The notes beneath the pieces are model-generated. The model ran no database searches, was not told the DNA's origin, and saw nothing but the letters and a program-made list of their open reading frames with translations. A stretch of DNA of 64,000 nt from Lingula anatina (Eukaryota; Animalia; Brachiopoda), in contig CM120649.1 of assembly GCA_051362555.1 (NCBI GenBank), forward strand, positions 14,756,001 to 14,820,000, given 5' to 3'. Shown here in pieces: positions 23,167 to 34,937 of this stretch; position 1 is the first letter of the stretch, and every line of letters starts with the position of its first letter. The translations under genes were made by a program, and so were the position numbers.

Positions 23167-26107
23167 CCAGTTGATAATGATGTAAAAGAAAATATAGCCA
23201 AAGGAAATTGAGCTGAGTTTGCAAAATTATCAATTTTCTAAACTCACTCTCTCTCTCATACCATACCTCATATGAAGTGAGTATAATTCCACTTTAACCT
23301 CAGCATCTTATTTAATTGTATTACCATCAACAGGGTGTGCATGTACACTACAATTTTAATTTGACACCAACAAGTTAAAGCCTTGTGACATTTGTACCAT
23401 TTCTCCTGATAAACAGCAAAATCCTGTCACATTACGGTGTTACAGTTTGTGATGTTAAAATTGGCCCCATGCCATACGTTTCTAGATCAGGATACGATGT
23501 ATTGCTTAGACATTTTAGGTCACGCAATACATGATGGTCATAATCAGTAAAATGCTGATTTTCTAGCTTTCTGTACAGGTGGACCTGTGTTTCCCCAACC
23601 CATGCCAAAAGGGATCCATGTGTTTTGATCATGGAAATTATTTCAGCTGTAAATGTCATGCGGGATTTGCAGGTACTTAATTATACTTATTTTTTTGTTT
23701 GTTTTGGTTAATTTTACTTGTTATTTTTCATACCAAAATTTTTATAATCTGTAATAGGATGTAACTGAGTTTGTGCATAAGTTCCCAGATGTGTTCACAT
23801 GATATCTTATTCTTATTTTATAAATAATCATATGCAGATATTAAGAATAAGTTGAGTATAAATCTACTATGTATTACATTCATTACGTAGTTTATATGTA
23901 ATATAGACTGATATGCCTTTTTCCCTGCATTCAGTTCTATGAAGATTGGTATTTAAGATTGTTATCAGTGGTAAAAAATATGAGACTCATCTAAGATGTA
24001 ATCATCTAACCTGTAATGAATCTGTCAATCCAGTTGAATACTAATCAATTTTAATCCAATATTGGCGTCTCAACATTGAAGATATGGTGATAATAATAGC
24101 ACCAGTTTACAGGGGACAATCAATATGGACATGTTTTTAATCAATCTAGAAAAAAACGTCATTTCAGCTATTGCGATTATATCCCATATGAATTTGTGAT
24201 TGAGTAAAGCATGAAGGCTTTGGCGTATTTTTCTGGGGCTCAGCTAGAGTGCATTTTATTTTTTGGTGCAAGTTAAGTCATACTGTTCAGATACAAGGAA
24301 AATTACATTGAAATGAGATGGCAGTACTTTTAGCACAAGGTTTGTATTCAGGATTTGGATGAAAGTGTGCATATCATGCCACCAGATATGGGCAGAAGAT
24401 AGGTGGATTTGGTATAATTGCCGCTGCCCCTGTTAGCTTGTCTGCCTACAACATATCCAAAATCTTTTGATCGTCTGCTTGTCAGGTTTCATGAACTATT
24501 ATGTACTTGACGGTTTTCATCAATTTTTGCCCACGCATTCCTGTAAGAGCAGAGCGAAGAAATGAGTTGTAAAAATGCAGAAAAGAAGTGACAGAAAATC
24601 TTTCAATTATCCACTCTTGCAGAAAGTTGAGATTTCTTAATATGTATTATTGATGAGAACAATGACATCATTCTAGCCAGTGGTTTTCTCAGCGCAGAAA
24701 ATGCCAAACTTATTTTCATTCAGTGATATTTTTAGAAAATGACAGCGAAAAGATATGGGGCTGTTCTCATATAATAATTGAAAATAAGTGAACTGTCACC
24801 AAGATATTAATAAAGGGCCATTTAAAACTTTTTCAGAGATGGAAGCATTTACCCTGTCTCATGCATGATTTTTTTTCTTTTTAAATAAAAAAGCCCCTGG
24901 AAAATTAAAAAGAGTGCATCTTCCTCCCCCCTCCTCCTAACCCATTAACCTTGAATTGTATTTGAATCAAAACATTCGTGATTTCATGTCATTAATGTAT
25001 GCTATAGATGGCTGTGAGTATTGGAAACTTGATGCAATTCGTAAACTAAAATGTTCAGACAGTTAAAGATTAAGAGACATGACCTGTAAGATGGAGGGTC
25101 TCGAAGGGTTGAAATACATAACATAGCCTTAAATATTTCAACATTCATTGCGATTGAAGATTTTAAAAATGCACAATGATACAAAACCATGTTCAACATT
25201 TTATGATTTCAGGCCACCAGTGTGAGATTGACATCAATGAATGTGACTCGTCACCCTGTAAAAATGGCGGCAAATGTCACGATAAAGTGAATGGCTTCTT
25301 CTGTGACTGCCCTCCAGGCTATGTTGGTACACGGTGCCAAACCAAAGGTAACAATTAACATCTTTTCTTTTATTATTATTATTATTATGATCATTATATC
25401 TTGTAATGAACTGATGTTTTTTATACAAATCACTGATGAAGATTTGTTTCCTAATCTAGTATCCTACAATTTTACAGAAAACTCACAAGACAAACCGCTG
25501 TCTGATGTCACTCACTCAAGTCATTCCTCCCGCAGTGTGGAGCATGTGCACTCTACCAACCTGTACATTATAGTGGGAACCTCCAGCGGTACCATGCTGA
25601 TGGTGCTCCTGGTCCTGGCAGGGTGCTACTGCCACACACACTGGCCTGAGAGGAACTTCTGGCCCAGAAAATACAGTGAATATCAAAGGTATGGCTTAGT
25701 AATTATTCCAAAAAAGAAAAATCTTTTTTTTTTATTTTTAAAGAAAAAATTAGCCAAAGATTGCTTTAAACTCAGACCGCAGCAGATCTGTTAGTCTGCA
25801 GATCAGCTTTGATTGAGAATGCTTTAGTCCAGTTAAATGAAGTTTTGTACCTGTTTAAAAACAGGAATGGCATTTCTTATGTTTTAGAGGAAATTACTTA
25901 CTTACGAGTACAAGAATATGACTTTTATAAGGATTCTTCATTGATTTGTGTAACTTCAGTGTTGGAGACAAGACCAGTCAAGATCTCAGCAGTATTCTCG
26001 CCCCTGGACCTTCCCATGATGCTATTTATGAAGCCAACGCATTGGACTACTCGGATAGTACGCTAAATTCACCGATTGCCAACTCTCTCAAACCAAAGAG
26101 AGTTTAG
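408..26107 (+). CDS. Gene 1 (5'-partial, 10 exons): type I membrane protein, EYS-like N-terminal domain + 7 EGF repeats + TM + short cytoplasmic tail
   Basis: Exons 408-514, 2122-2297, 17485-17621, 22016-22169, 22508-22735, 22955-23097, 23579-23672, 25213-25347, 25478-25688, 25960-26107. All GT-AG and phase-compatible, giving one open frame to TAG. N-terminal part resembles the EYS N-terminus (GTHYFI...[12 protein letters not shown]...CSGHGKC, recalled). Confidence 0.9.
588..1132. mobile_element. Palindromic MITE, PIF/Harbinger (Tourist-like)
   Basis: About 150-bp TIRs starting GAGCGCATTCTCAACGAA; TTA on both flanks; near-identical inverted copy at 31885-32430. Confidence 0.9.
2122..2297 (+). 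CDS. Gene 1 exon (EYS-like N-terminal domain)
   Basis: tttcag/gtgaga; [26 protein letters not shown]...QPGNNYFI. Confidence 0.85.
3419..3498. repeat. (CT)n microsatellite
   Basis: Direct reading. Confidence 0.97.
3661..3940. mobile_element. Diverged MITE related to the 215-bp family
   Basis: gaccccattcc start, attaccccctaacagctt core, inverted caggatcgaccca/tgggtcgatcctg. Confidence 0.6.
5838..10098 (+). mobile_element. Non-autonomous Helentron-type (HINE/DINE-like) element with internal 146-bp satellite
   Basis: 5' subTIR TTGTACCACCAGC with adjacent IR, (GGCTCCTGC)n, tandem array, 3' subTIR GCTGGTGGTACAA, hairpin GAGGCG-GTAT-CGCCTC, CTAG end, T|T site without TSD. Confidence 0.85.
6850..9050. 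repeat. 146-bp tandem satellite array (about 15 units) inside the HINE; about 3.5 more units at 9340-9890
   Basis: ttttcaccatgaac recurs at 6961, 7107, 7253 (period 146). Confidence 0.95.
12382..12682. repeat. Degenerate tandem repeat, about 3 units of about 105 bp
   Basis: aggttct..., aa.catcaa....agg..aatt.catgca each recur three times. Confidence 0.55.
14518..14656. mobile_element. Short MITE with CAG TSD (Harbinger-like)
   Basis: GGTCCTGTAACTCATAAGCAT ... ATGCTTTCGAGTTACAGAGCC, CAG on both flanks. Confidence 0.7.
15091..15110. mobile_element. 20-bp perfect palindrome between 7-bp direct repeats (transposon footprint)
   Basis: GTGGGAC[CAAGGAGTTATAACTCCTTG]GTGGGAC. Confidence 0.7.
17485..17621 (+). 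CDS. Gene 1 exon (end of EYS-like domain, start of EGF1)
   Basis: tttcag/gtaggc; [46 protein letters not shown]. Confidence 0.9.
17680..17847. mobile_element. Short MITE with 15-bp TIR and 5-bp TSD
   Basis: CAGGCCTGTAGCCAG ... CTGGCTACGGGCCTG, CTTTC on both flanks; diverged relative at 14657-14862. Confidence 0.8.
20525..20739. mobile_element. 215-bp MITE (PIF/Harbinger-like)
   Basis: Near-identical inverted copy at 59829-60043; subterminal TAGATCGATCTA palindromes. Confidence 0.85.
21672..21736. repeat. (TG)n microsatellite
   Basis: Direct reading. Confidence 0.97.
22016..22169 (+). CDS. Gene 1 exon (EGF1-2)
   Basis: ctcag/gtatcc; [33 protein letters not shown]...CSCPK. Confidence 0.92.
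22508..22735 (+). CDS. Gene 1 exon (EGF3-4)
   Basis: ttctag/gtacct; GYIGDLCEH...[26 protein letters not shown]. Confidence 0.93.
22955..23097 (+). CDS. Gene 1 exon (EGF5, Ca-binding type)
   Basis: tttcag/gtgata; [39 protein letters not shown]. Confidence 0.93.
23579..23672 (+). CDS. Gene 1 exon (EGF6)
   Basis: tacag/gtactt; [31 protein letters not shown]. Confidence 0.92.
25213..25347 (+). CDS. Gene 1 exon (EGF7, Ca-binding type)
   Basis: tttcag/gtaaca; [39 protein letters not shown]. Confidence 0.93.
25478..25688 (+). CDS. Gene 1 exon (stalk + transmembrane helix)
   Basis: ttacag/gtatgg; [24 protein letters not shown] hydrophobic stretch. Confidence 0.88.
25960..26107 (+). CDS. Gene 1 terminal coding exon (cytoplasmic tail)
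   Basis: cttcag acceptor; [11 protein letters not shown]...[13 protein letters not shown]...LKPKRV*; AT-rich 3'UTR follows, with AATAAA near 28038. Confidence 0.85.
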
Positions 26108-28851
26108 ATGAAGATATTCAGTAAATTCAGAGATGTGGCGCACAGGTGGCTTTTGCCCCTCTTCATCCCCTCTTTATTCTTCCCTGAAAATGCCATTTAT
26201 AATGCTACAGAACTACATGGAACTTATTGTTGTGGAATATATTTTTGCTGTCCCCTCTCCTTCTTTCTCTCGATACTTGTTAAATTATTGATTTGCTTTT
26301 GATGTACTGTACTGGATAGATATTTTATAAACTTTTGTTGATTTTTTTTTTATTATTATTTTTAGTGCTTAAATGGAAAGGGGTTTTATGTGACTGTATA
26401 GATTTACTTGATTTAAATTACACAGGTCACTGTTTAATTATGTAAACTGGACTTAAGCCAGTATGTATTAGTATGGAAGAAGTCTATAAATTGCAGTCAT
26501 ACAAAATATTATTTAATTATATGAGAACAATATCACAGTTATACAACCTGACATTTTTTTCTAGAAAACTTGCATATTACTTGGTGATATTTTTTCCTCT
26601 TTTTTCAAGCTGTCTGTTGCTTTTTCTGATACTTAAACAAAATTAATTTTTTATGACAGAATAACTTGAATTTTTCAACTGTACACAAGGGTTATGTTGC
26701 TTTTTATGTATATATACTGAATAATAGTGAAAATGTGGTAAAATGGAAGATTTTAATAGCAATGGCAGCAGAAAAAGATCAGTTTCATAGGTGGCTGGAA
26801 TCAGTTTCTTATATAATATAGGATGTATAATTAACTTGTTGAATATATAACAGTTTCCAAAAGACAAACCCATGGGTGTAAAAAGTGAAATCAATGAAGT
26901 CCGTAATTACAGATGATGACGGTCAGTATTTTGTCCAAAAGAGGGCACCAGTGGTCAAAGCAGGTTTTGGCTTCTTAATATATACATATTCTTAATATAT
27001 TAATATATTAATATATACATATATAATATATAATATATTAATATATACATATAACCAGTTAGGTGTTAGTAGATATTTTGTTTAAAAGAGGGCACCACCT
27101 GTTCACTGAAGTATTATTGAATATCTTAGCTGAAAAGGGGCATCTCATGTTTAATTTTTGTCCATTTTGACAAGTTTTCAATATCATATGAAGTTAGTTG
27201 AAATACTTACATAATAGTGATGTAATTATTTTTCAAATAAAATATTTTTGTTGAAATCTTTCCTTAATTTAATTTTTTGAACATTTTGGTATATTTTTCT
27301 TAAAGATATTTGATGCCAATGTTTTCTTTATATTTAATATGTTATGGTCTTATTTCTTTCCGTCCTGGGTAACATATAAAGTTTTGCTTTGTTTTAACAT
27401 TATGAAATTAATATATAGTTATACTCTGGAGATGCTTGAAAAGTTCTCACATGAATCTCGCAGTTAATATAAATGCTTAAATGATACGTTAGCTGTAGCA
27501 TGGAATTTTGGTAGTTTTTTTTATCAAAGCATCATTATGAAATTGTACAACTAGTAATTTATAATATTATAGTCCCATAGTTATAATTATCTTAGCTTGA
27601 TATGAGAGTAAAGTGGTACAAAAAAAATCAAAAAGTATTAATGAAAAGCATTTATTTATTTTAATATATCATCAAAATGATATGATAAGTTCTTATGTTG
27701 GATCCTATTATTAACACATTATATATAATCATGGCAGTGGGTAAAGTTCTGCATGTAGCTCAATAAATGCAAAAATATTTAAAATAAAAAAAATTAGGGA
27801 ATAATGCAATTGTGTGCTGAACAACAGGAAAGATACATGTCTAGTTTGTTGAAACTATGTATAGTAGTTCAGTCTGACAATTATCAGGAACTTATCATGT
27901 CAGAATTTTAAATACTGTAACAGTGAGTTCAACAAGTCCATGTTCATTTGTTGTACAAAAAATATATAGCTTTTATGCTTGGAAGAAAGCACTTCATGAA
28001 ACAAGATTAAAATTTTGTAAATGCCCTGTAATAGCACAATAAAAATATATTTAACAACAGGATTTACTCTCAAGTATTGACCTTGACATCACTCTGGCTT
28101 GCCCGATAATTTTTATAAGTTTTATGCTATAGGTCTGTCCGATATCATGGAAAAACCAAGTATCGGCAGATTTCTGAATTTTTTGAAGCCAAAAATAATG
28201 TAATTTTTTGAGATAGATGCAGAGGGCTTCCTGGACCCCACGTCATACTTTAAGACTTTTTCACTAAAATAAGTCACATCTCTATTAATTTCTAAAAAAA
28301 AAAAAAAATGATATACAACACTCATGCACATGTAACATGGATGAAATGTGAATGACCCTGCTGAATGCTTTCTTCAACATCAAATACTCTTTATTTTTAA
28401 GGCAGCTGGGAAGCCAGGAGGTCCGAACAAACACCATATTTCTATTGTGTTAAAGAGCACATGCTTTGGGAAGAACATGTGCCCAAAAGGAAGGAAACAA
28501 ACGAAAGATAACGAGTGAGGTGGCCTCTTGCCTGATCACATGGCAGCACATCGCAAATCAGAACCCCAAGATGGAGCAATTGTTGTGAAAAAAGTTTACT
28601 ATACATTTGAATATAATGTTCACTGGATAATGATGTTGCTAATTTTTTTCTTAATAATATAAAATCATTTTATGACTGATTAAATTTTCTAAATTGCATA
28701 AGAATACTTTCTTATATGCACAACTTGATTGTCATATATATAAATATATAATTATATTTTTAATGTTTTACAAATCCACTGTACTGTTATCATATGATAA
28801 ATTGGACAAAAAGCTACTGAAAAACATTTTGATTTAAGTTCCAATTAATAA

Positions 28852-31393
28852 ACAAGGCAGCAAAGCTGTCAAATGTACAGACAAAAAGCAGGAAATAACA
28901 ATGCAAAAAATGGGCTACTGTCAATTCTGATGTAAAAATACATTATGCTTAACTACATATTCAACATCAAATTTTAATTATGCTCAACAGGTAATACCAA
29001 TGTAAGTAAAATGTGTAACAAGCATAAGGCTTCAGGCCCATGGGAGTTCAAGTTCACACTTTGAAAATGTATAACTTCCAGAAAAAAAAAGCCAATTAGA
29101 CTGCTTTTCCAACTCAGGCTGCATTTTAGTCCTGTATTTCTTTTTTGAAAGTATGGCAATTATAAGTAACACGGTTTTCCCATAATGGCCATCATGGCAG
29201 CAGCACCCAAAATTGTGTTTTCTTCTATTCTGATGCAATATTACATAATGGTTAACAGCATAATGACCGTCAATTTTTAAAAATAAAACATACGTATCAT
29301 GGATTTTCAGAAAATGTGACTAGCATGGGTCCTCAAGCCTGTGGAACTTCAAAATCACACCTTGAAAATGCCAATATGTGAAAAATTAAATTTTCACAAA
29401 AAAACTGATTAACTGGCAGTAAGAATTACCAAACAGCCAAAAAGTAAAACTGCCTTCCACTTATCGCGTTTACAATGAAAGTGCACAGCGCCGGCGACAG
29501 CGATGACAGACGTAGGTGATGGCAATATGTACAGACATATCTGTACATATTTACTATACTTTTTGAGAACAGTAAGTGACATGGTTTTTCTTAAATGGTC
29601 ATCATGGGAGCAGTGCCCAAAATAGGTTTTTTTCAAATTTTGATGCAATATTACATAATGTTTAACAGCATAATGACCATCAAATTTAAATAATAAAATA
29701 TTAGTATCATGGATATTCAGAAAATGTGACTAGCAAAGGTCTTCAGGCCCATGGAACTTCAAAGTCACAACTTGAAAATGCCAAAATGTAAACAAGACCA
29801 CACTGTTCTGAAATGTTTTTTTCCCATTTTTAACAATTTTTAACATAAAACAAAATTAACAGTTTACTGCCATTTTTATATGATCAACTAAGAAAATTGA
29901 TGAGATGGGAAAAATATCAATAGAGCAGTGTTAAATGTCCAATTTCTTCCATTCTGAGATTCTGAACATAGTGAATGATTGAATCTGACAAACTGCAATG
30001 ATATGAGTTTATTTCCATTTTTGACACTTTATTACACAATACACGATATCAAGTTTACCATCATTTTTACAAAATCAACTAACAATGTTGTTTAGATGCA
30101 GGAAATGTCAAAAAAACACTTTTACATATCTTATTAATTAAATAATGAAACTGTTAACATGCCTAAGAATTGAATCTAAGGAAATGTAAAAAACAGCATA
30201 ACTTCTAAAATAATGGCCCGATTATGCTGATTTTTTAACTTAACCTGCGTTTTAGCAGGAATGACCACTCCTGTGAGTTTAATGACAATTGGCCTATCTG
30301 TTTTTCTTATATTGTGTTTACAGTGTTGCATATATGCTGAAAAAAGAAAAAAAAGCATAACTACTAAAATAGTGGCCCGATCATGCCAATTTTCGAACTT
30401 GACCTGCGTTTTAGTAAGATCAATTTTTCCTGTGAGTTTCATGACAACAGGCCTATCGGTTTTTGTTGAAATGTGTTTACAGTGTTGCATATATGCTGAA
30501 AAGTGAAAAAACAGCATAACTTCTACAATAATAGCCCGATCATGCTGATTTTCGAACTTGACCTGCATTTTATGAATATTCATCAGCTCTGTAAATATAA
30601 AGCCAAAAAGTAAAACTGCCTTCCACTTATCGTGTTTACAAGGAAAGTGCACGGCGCCGGCGACGGCGACGACAGACACAGGTGATGGCAATATGTACAG
30701 ACACATCTGTGTCTGTACATAACAAGACAGCACTGTTCTGAAATTTTTTTTTTTTTTCAATTTTTAACAATTTTTAACATATAACAAAATTAACAGTTTA
30801 CTGCCATTTTTATATGATCAACTAAGAAAATTGATGAGATGGGAAAAATATCAACAGAGCAGTGTTAAATGTCCAATTTCTTCCATTATGAGATTCTGAA
30901 CATAGTGGGTGATTGAATCTGACAAACTGTAATGATATGTGTTTATTTCCATTTTTGACACTTTATTACACAATACACGATAACAAGTTTACCATCATTT
31001 TTACAAAATCAACTAACAATGTTGTAAAGATGCAGGAAATGTCAAACAAAAACTTTTACGTATCTTATTAGTTTAATAATGAGACTGTTAACATGCCTAA
31101 GAATTGAATCTGAGGAAATGTGAAAAATATGCTGAAAAGTGAAAAAACAGCATAACTTCTACAATAATGGCCCGATCATGCTGATTTTCGAACTTGACCT
31201 GCGTTTTATGAATATTCATCAGCTCTGTAAATATAAAGCCAAAAAATAAAACTGCCCTCCACTTATCGTGTTTACAAGGAAAGTGCACGGCGCCGGCATC
31301 GCCATCGCCATCGGCATCGCCATCGCCATCGGCGACGGCGACGACAGACGCAGGTGATGGCAATATGTACAGACACATCTGTGTCTGTACATA
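28852..31393 (-). mobile_element. Second HINE-like family, composite/internally duplicated; absent from duplication unit 2
   Basis: Minus strand: 5' palindrome ATGTACAGACAC..GTGTCTGTACAT, GTCGCC/GATGGC microsatellite, about 160-bp core repeats, 3' subTIR TGTCTGTACAT, small hairpin, CTTGT end; empty A-rich site near 37770. Confidence 0.75.
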
Positions 31394-31884
31394 AAAACAG
31401 ACAAATCATTTGTCAAAAAGATTATTTAACATGCAAAACAAAAACAAATGCCTCTTAAATGCAGTACTGACAAGCAAAAACAGTATATGCAGCTTAAAAT
31501 GTATCACACTGACTACAAATACTAAGTAAGTATAATGTCTGCTCAGTTAACTGCTGAGACTTAATGAAAATTGCATGCACCATTTGAAATACCTCACAAT
31601 GCCATGTGAAAAAGAATAATATCGGCCTATGAAAAAATAGCATATAGCCTTTTCATATACATAATACTTTTGTCTACACCAAATAATATGCTTTCATGGC
31701 TGACTTTGAACAAGTGTGCCTGTTGGAGTTACAGCAAACAAAAAACCACCAAAATGTTCACACATTTTCTGACAGTAGGCTCCCATTCATTTGGGGTTTT
31801 GAGTGGATGATGATAATCTTATTCCAGATGACAATGACATTATCTGGTTCAATACACAGTCCTTTGAGTTTGGAAATTCAGTTA

Positions 31885-32430
31885 GAGCGCATTCTCAACG
31901 AGTTAAGCCAGGCTTTACAAAGCCGGTGACCTAAAAATGGTGGACGTACATGAAAGAAAAACCGCCTAATCTTTTAATAGTCTCTCCGCCTCCCCACACG
32001 TCGTCCCTGCGGGGTACAGTAATTAAATCTCGGCTCCGTTCGCCATGCGGAAGCTACCTGAGAAATATTAAGTGCGCATGCTCATCAGTTATACTCGTGG
32101 TGAAGAAACCATGGCGGCTGAAGGCGATCGAAGGAAAAAAGCTCTTCTGTTCTATTATCTTTGAAAACAGAGACGAAAAAGGAAAAATTTGGCCCGTAGA
32201 GCAGCAATGAATCGACTATCTACGGAGATAATATCACCAGAGATATTCACGGAAATATTAATGTTCGGAGCCGAGATTTAATTACTGTACCCCGCAGGGA
32301 CGACGTGTGGGGAGGCGTGTGAGAGGCGGAGAGACTATTAAAAGATTAGGCGGTTTTTCTTTCATGTACGTCCGCCATTTTTAGGTCACCGGCTTTGTAA
32401 AGCCTGGCTTAATTCGTTGAGAATGCGCTC
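31885..32430. mobile_element. Palindromic MITE, PIF/Harbinger (same family as 588-1132)
   Basis: cagTTA[element]TTAaaac; empty site cagTTAaaac near 38268 in unit 2 shows the 3-bp TSD. Confidence 0.95.
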
Positions 32431-32706
32431 TTAAAACTTCCTCTGTGCAAAAGATCAAATTTTGAATTTTAAGATCAAAATCTCCATTGTATTTTCAAAT
32501 AAATTCAAAAATGATCCTGTGGATAATAATTTTTCCCAGTTTGGGATATACCTTGGTGAAGTATTGAGATTGGTTGACATTTTCCAAAAAATGACATTTT
32601 TTTGATAAAGGTCCAATGTAGATTGTGCATCATGACCAAAATTTTTGCTGAATCACAGATTTCTCCTGTGACAGCAGCAAAGACAAAGAAATCCAAGTTG
32701 TTTGAA

Positions 32707-33882
32707 TTAATGGTAATTATCTGGGTGGGGCTTCTCCTGGTACGCTGGAGGAGCAGGAGCTGGCCCTGTGGTCGCCCCTGGGGGACAGACTGCATAGTAA
32801 GCCACTGGGTACTGCCCCTGGGGCACCTGGTAACCCTGGGGGTAGACCCCTGGGGCACTGGCTCCAACCCCAACAGGTGCCATGGGGACAAATGCATGTT
32901 GACCACCCTGAAATATAGCATAGCATAATCACAAGATGTAATAGAAGTGGATGCGGGTTCTCTAGTGTACAGTTCTTTAAAGAAAGTTGAAGTTCGTTCA
33001 CTTCTGTAACAGTAGTGCATCTCTAAGTGCTATTACTAACCATCAGAAATTAATCTTTATTATAATTATTATTTTTTTACAAACCCAGCTGTGTTGCTAG
33101 TAATAAATACATCTCCAAAGATGTGAACTAGATGAAAATTCACCATATCATAGCTCATGTCATAGAAGGCAGCCAATGTTTCTATCACCTGTTCAATTTG
33201 GGAGTCTCAGAAGCAACAACTAAAGTTGATTATCACTTACCCTTTGTTCTCTGTTCATGTATTTTAAGTCCATACCAACGCAAACCATGGCATAGATCTA
33301 GAATAACAAAATAGTTAAATAACAATTAAATCTATACTATACAGGTTAAAAAAATTATTTGGTGAAAATTCATGTATAATGTACAGTTAATTTATAGACA
33401 CCACAGGAGAGTCTTGGAGAAAATTTTATCTTGTTTATTAACACAAAGTTTAAAATGACTATGCAAGATGAATGTTCTTAAGGGGGGTCCCTCTGAGATC
33501 CCTCAATCTCTACGTAACAAACAAAGCGACCATCTCCAAATTGAGGCCACTTTCACATTGAGCAGTACATGCAGTTTTCCCTTTGACTGGTCCTATTATT
33601 TAACAAATGTTTTTTAACTTTTCTCACAAGACCCATGATACCAATCAAAATCAATCCTGTAAACTGGTCGTGTTGAACGTGGATCCTCCATTTAGGTGAT
33701 TCTCCAACGTAACAGCCAGACTATTTATCTGTCACTCTCTCAAAATGGCGTGAGACAGGAAAAGGTACCGAGCCAGAAGAAAAGGGCCAAAAGCACACTA
33801 GTCTTATAAATACTTACACAAATGCCCAGCACGATTAATTGTACTGCTATTACAGCAATTGTCCATGCTATGCCTGCCGAGG
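32707..33882 (-). pseudogene. Duplicated gene 2 exons 5-7 (33882-33818, 33297-33241, 32907-32707); orphan or alternative 3' end
   Basis: Same lengths (65/57/201 nt), splice sites, frame, stop and PPAY motif all intact. Confidence 0.75.
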
Positions 33883-34146
33883 CTGAAATAAAGATTCATA
33901 TTGACAACATCATATTACACACACATATTCAAATATTCCATCGAGGACCTGAGGGGGGGGGGCAAGTCTACAAGCACAGGGTCACAGAAAAGGTGTTCGG
34001 AGCATAGAAAGGGGCATACATGAGGTACATTAAAGGAGTTAAGGAGCAGAGATAGGAAAATGAAGGGAGTTTTGGGGAATAATAAGGGGGTAAAGGGGCA
34101 ACAGAAGGGGGGCACAGATAGGGAATGGGTATAAAAACTTCTCTCT

Positions 34147-34196
<50 letters not shown>

Positions 34197-34451
34197 ATAA
34201 AGATTCATGAAAACTCGTGAACTTTTCACTTATTATACCATCAGTGTAGTGCTTTATAAAAACATATCTGACATAATTATGTAACATTATGTAACATTAT
34301 GTTGGTACACGGTGCCAAACCAAAGGTAACAATTAACATCTTTTCTTTATTATTATTATTATGATCATTATATCTTGTAATGAACTGATGTTTTTTATAC
34401 AAATTACTGATGAAGATTTGTTTCCTAATCTAGTATCCTACAATTTTACAG

Positions 34452-34662
34452 AAAACTCACAAGACAAACCGCTGTCTGATGTCACTCACTCAAGTCATTC
34501 CTCCCGCAGTGTGGAGCATGTGCACTCCACCAACCTGTACATTATAGTGGGAACCTCCAGCGGTACCATGCTGATGGTGCTCCTGGTCCTGGCGGGGTGC
34601 TACTGCCACACACACTGGCCTGAGAGGAACTTCTGGCCCAGAAAATACAGTGAATATCAAAG
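34452..34662 (+). pseudogene. Duplicated gene 1 TM exon (orphan or alternative 3' exon)
   Basis: Copy of 25478-25688, splice sites intact, 2 differences seen, both synonymous. Confidence 0.75.
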
Positions 34663-34937
34663 GTATGTCTTAGTAATTATTCCAAAAAAGAAAAATCTTT
34701 TTTTTTTTATTTTTACAGAAAAAATTAGCCAAAGATTGCTTTAAACTCAGACCGCAGCAGATCAGATGTTAGTCTGCGGATCAGCTTTGATTGTGAATGC
34801 TTTAGTCCAGTTAAATGAAGTTTTGTACCTTTTTAAAAACAGGAATGGCATTTCTTATGTTTTAGAGGAAATTGCTTACTTTAGAGTACAAGAATATGAC
34901 TTTTATAAGGATTCCTCATTGATTTGTGTAATTTCAG

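Larger units (their letters stand above)
25320..34297 (+). repeat. Tandem segmental duplication, unit 1
   Basis: Co-linear near-identical match to 34298-47950 apart from indels; starts inside the EGF7 exon. Confidence 0.95.

Noticed and set aside
17485-26107. Calling gene 1 Delta/Jagged/Notch/crumbs/EYS
   Set aside because: No DSL, LNR, ankyrin or LamG domains and no ERLI or ATEV tail, so no symbol assigned
30176-30760. 194-aa repetitive ORF
   Set aside because: Chance read-through of about 160-bp core repeats in a non-autonomous HINE; no Rep/helicase motifs
32505-33020. 171-aa and 148-aa (38312-38758) minus-strand ORFs as stand-alone genes
   Set aside because: Alternative frames over gene 2's GC-rich last exon; the spliced frame gives the PPAY tail
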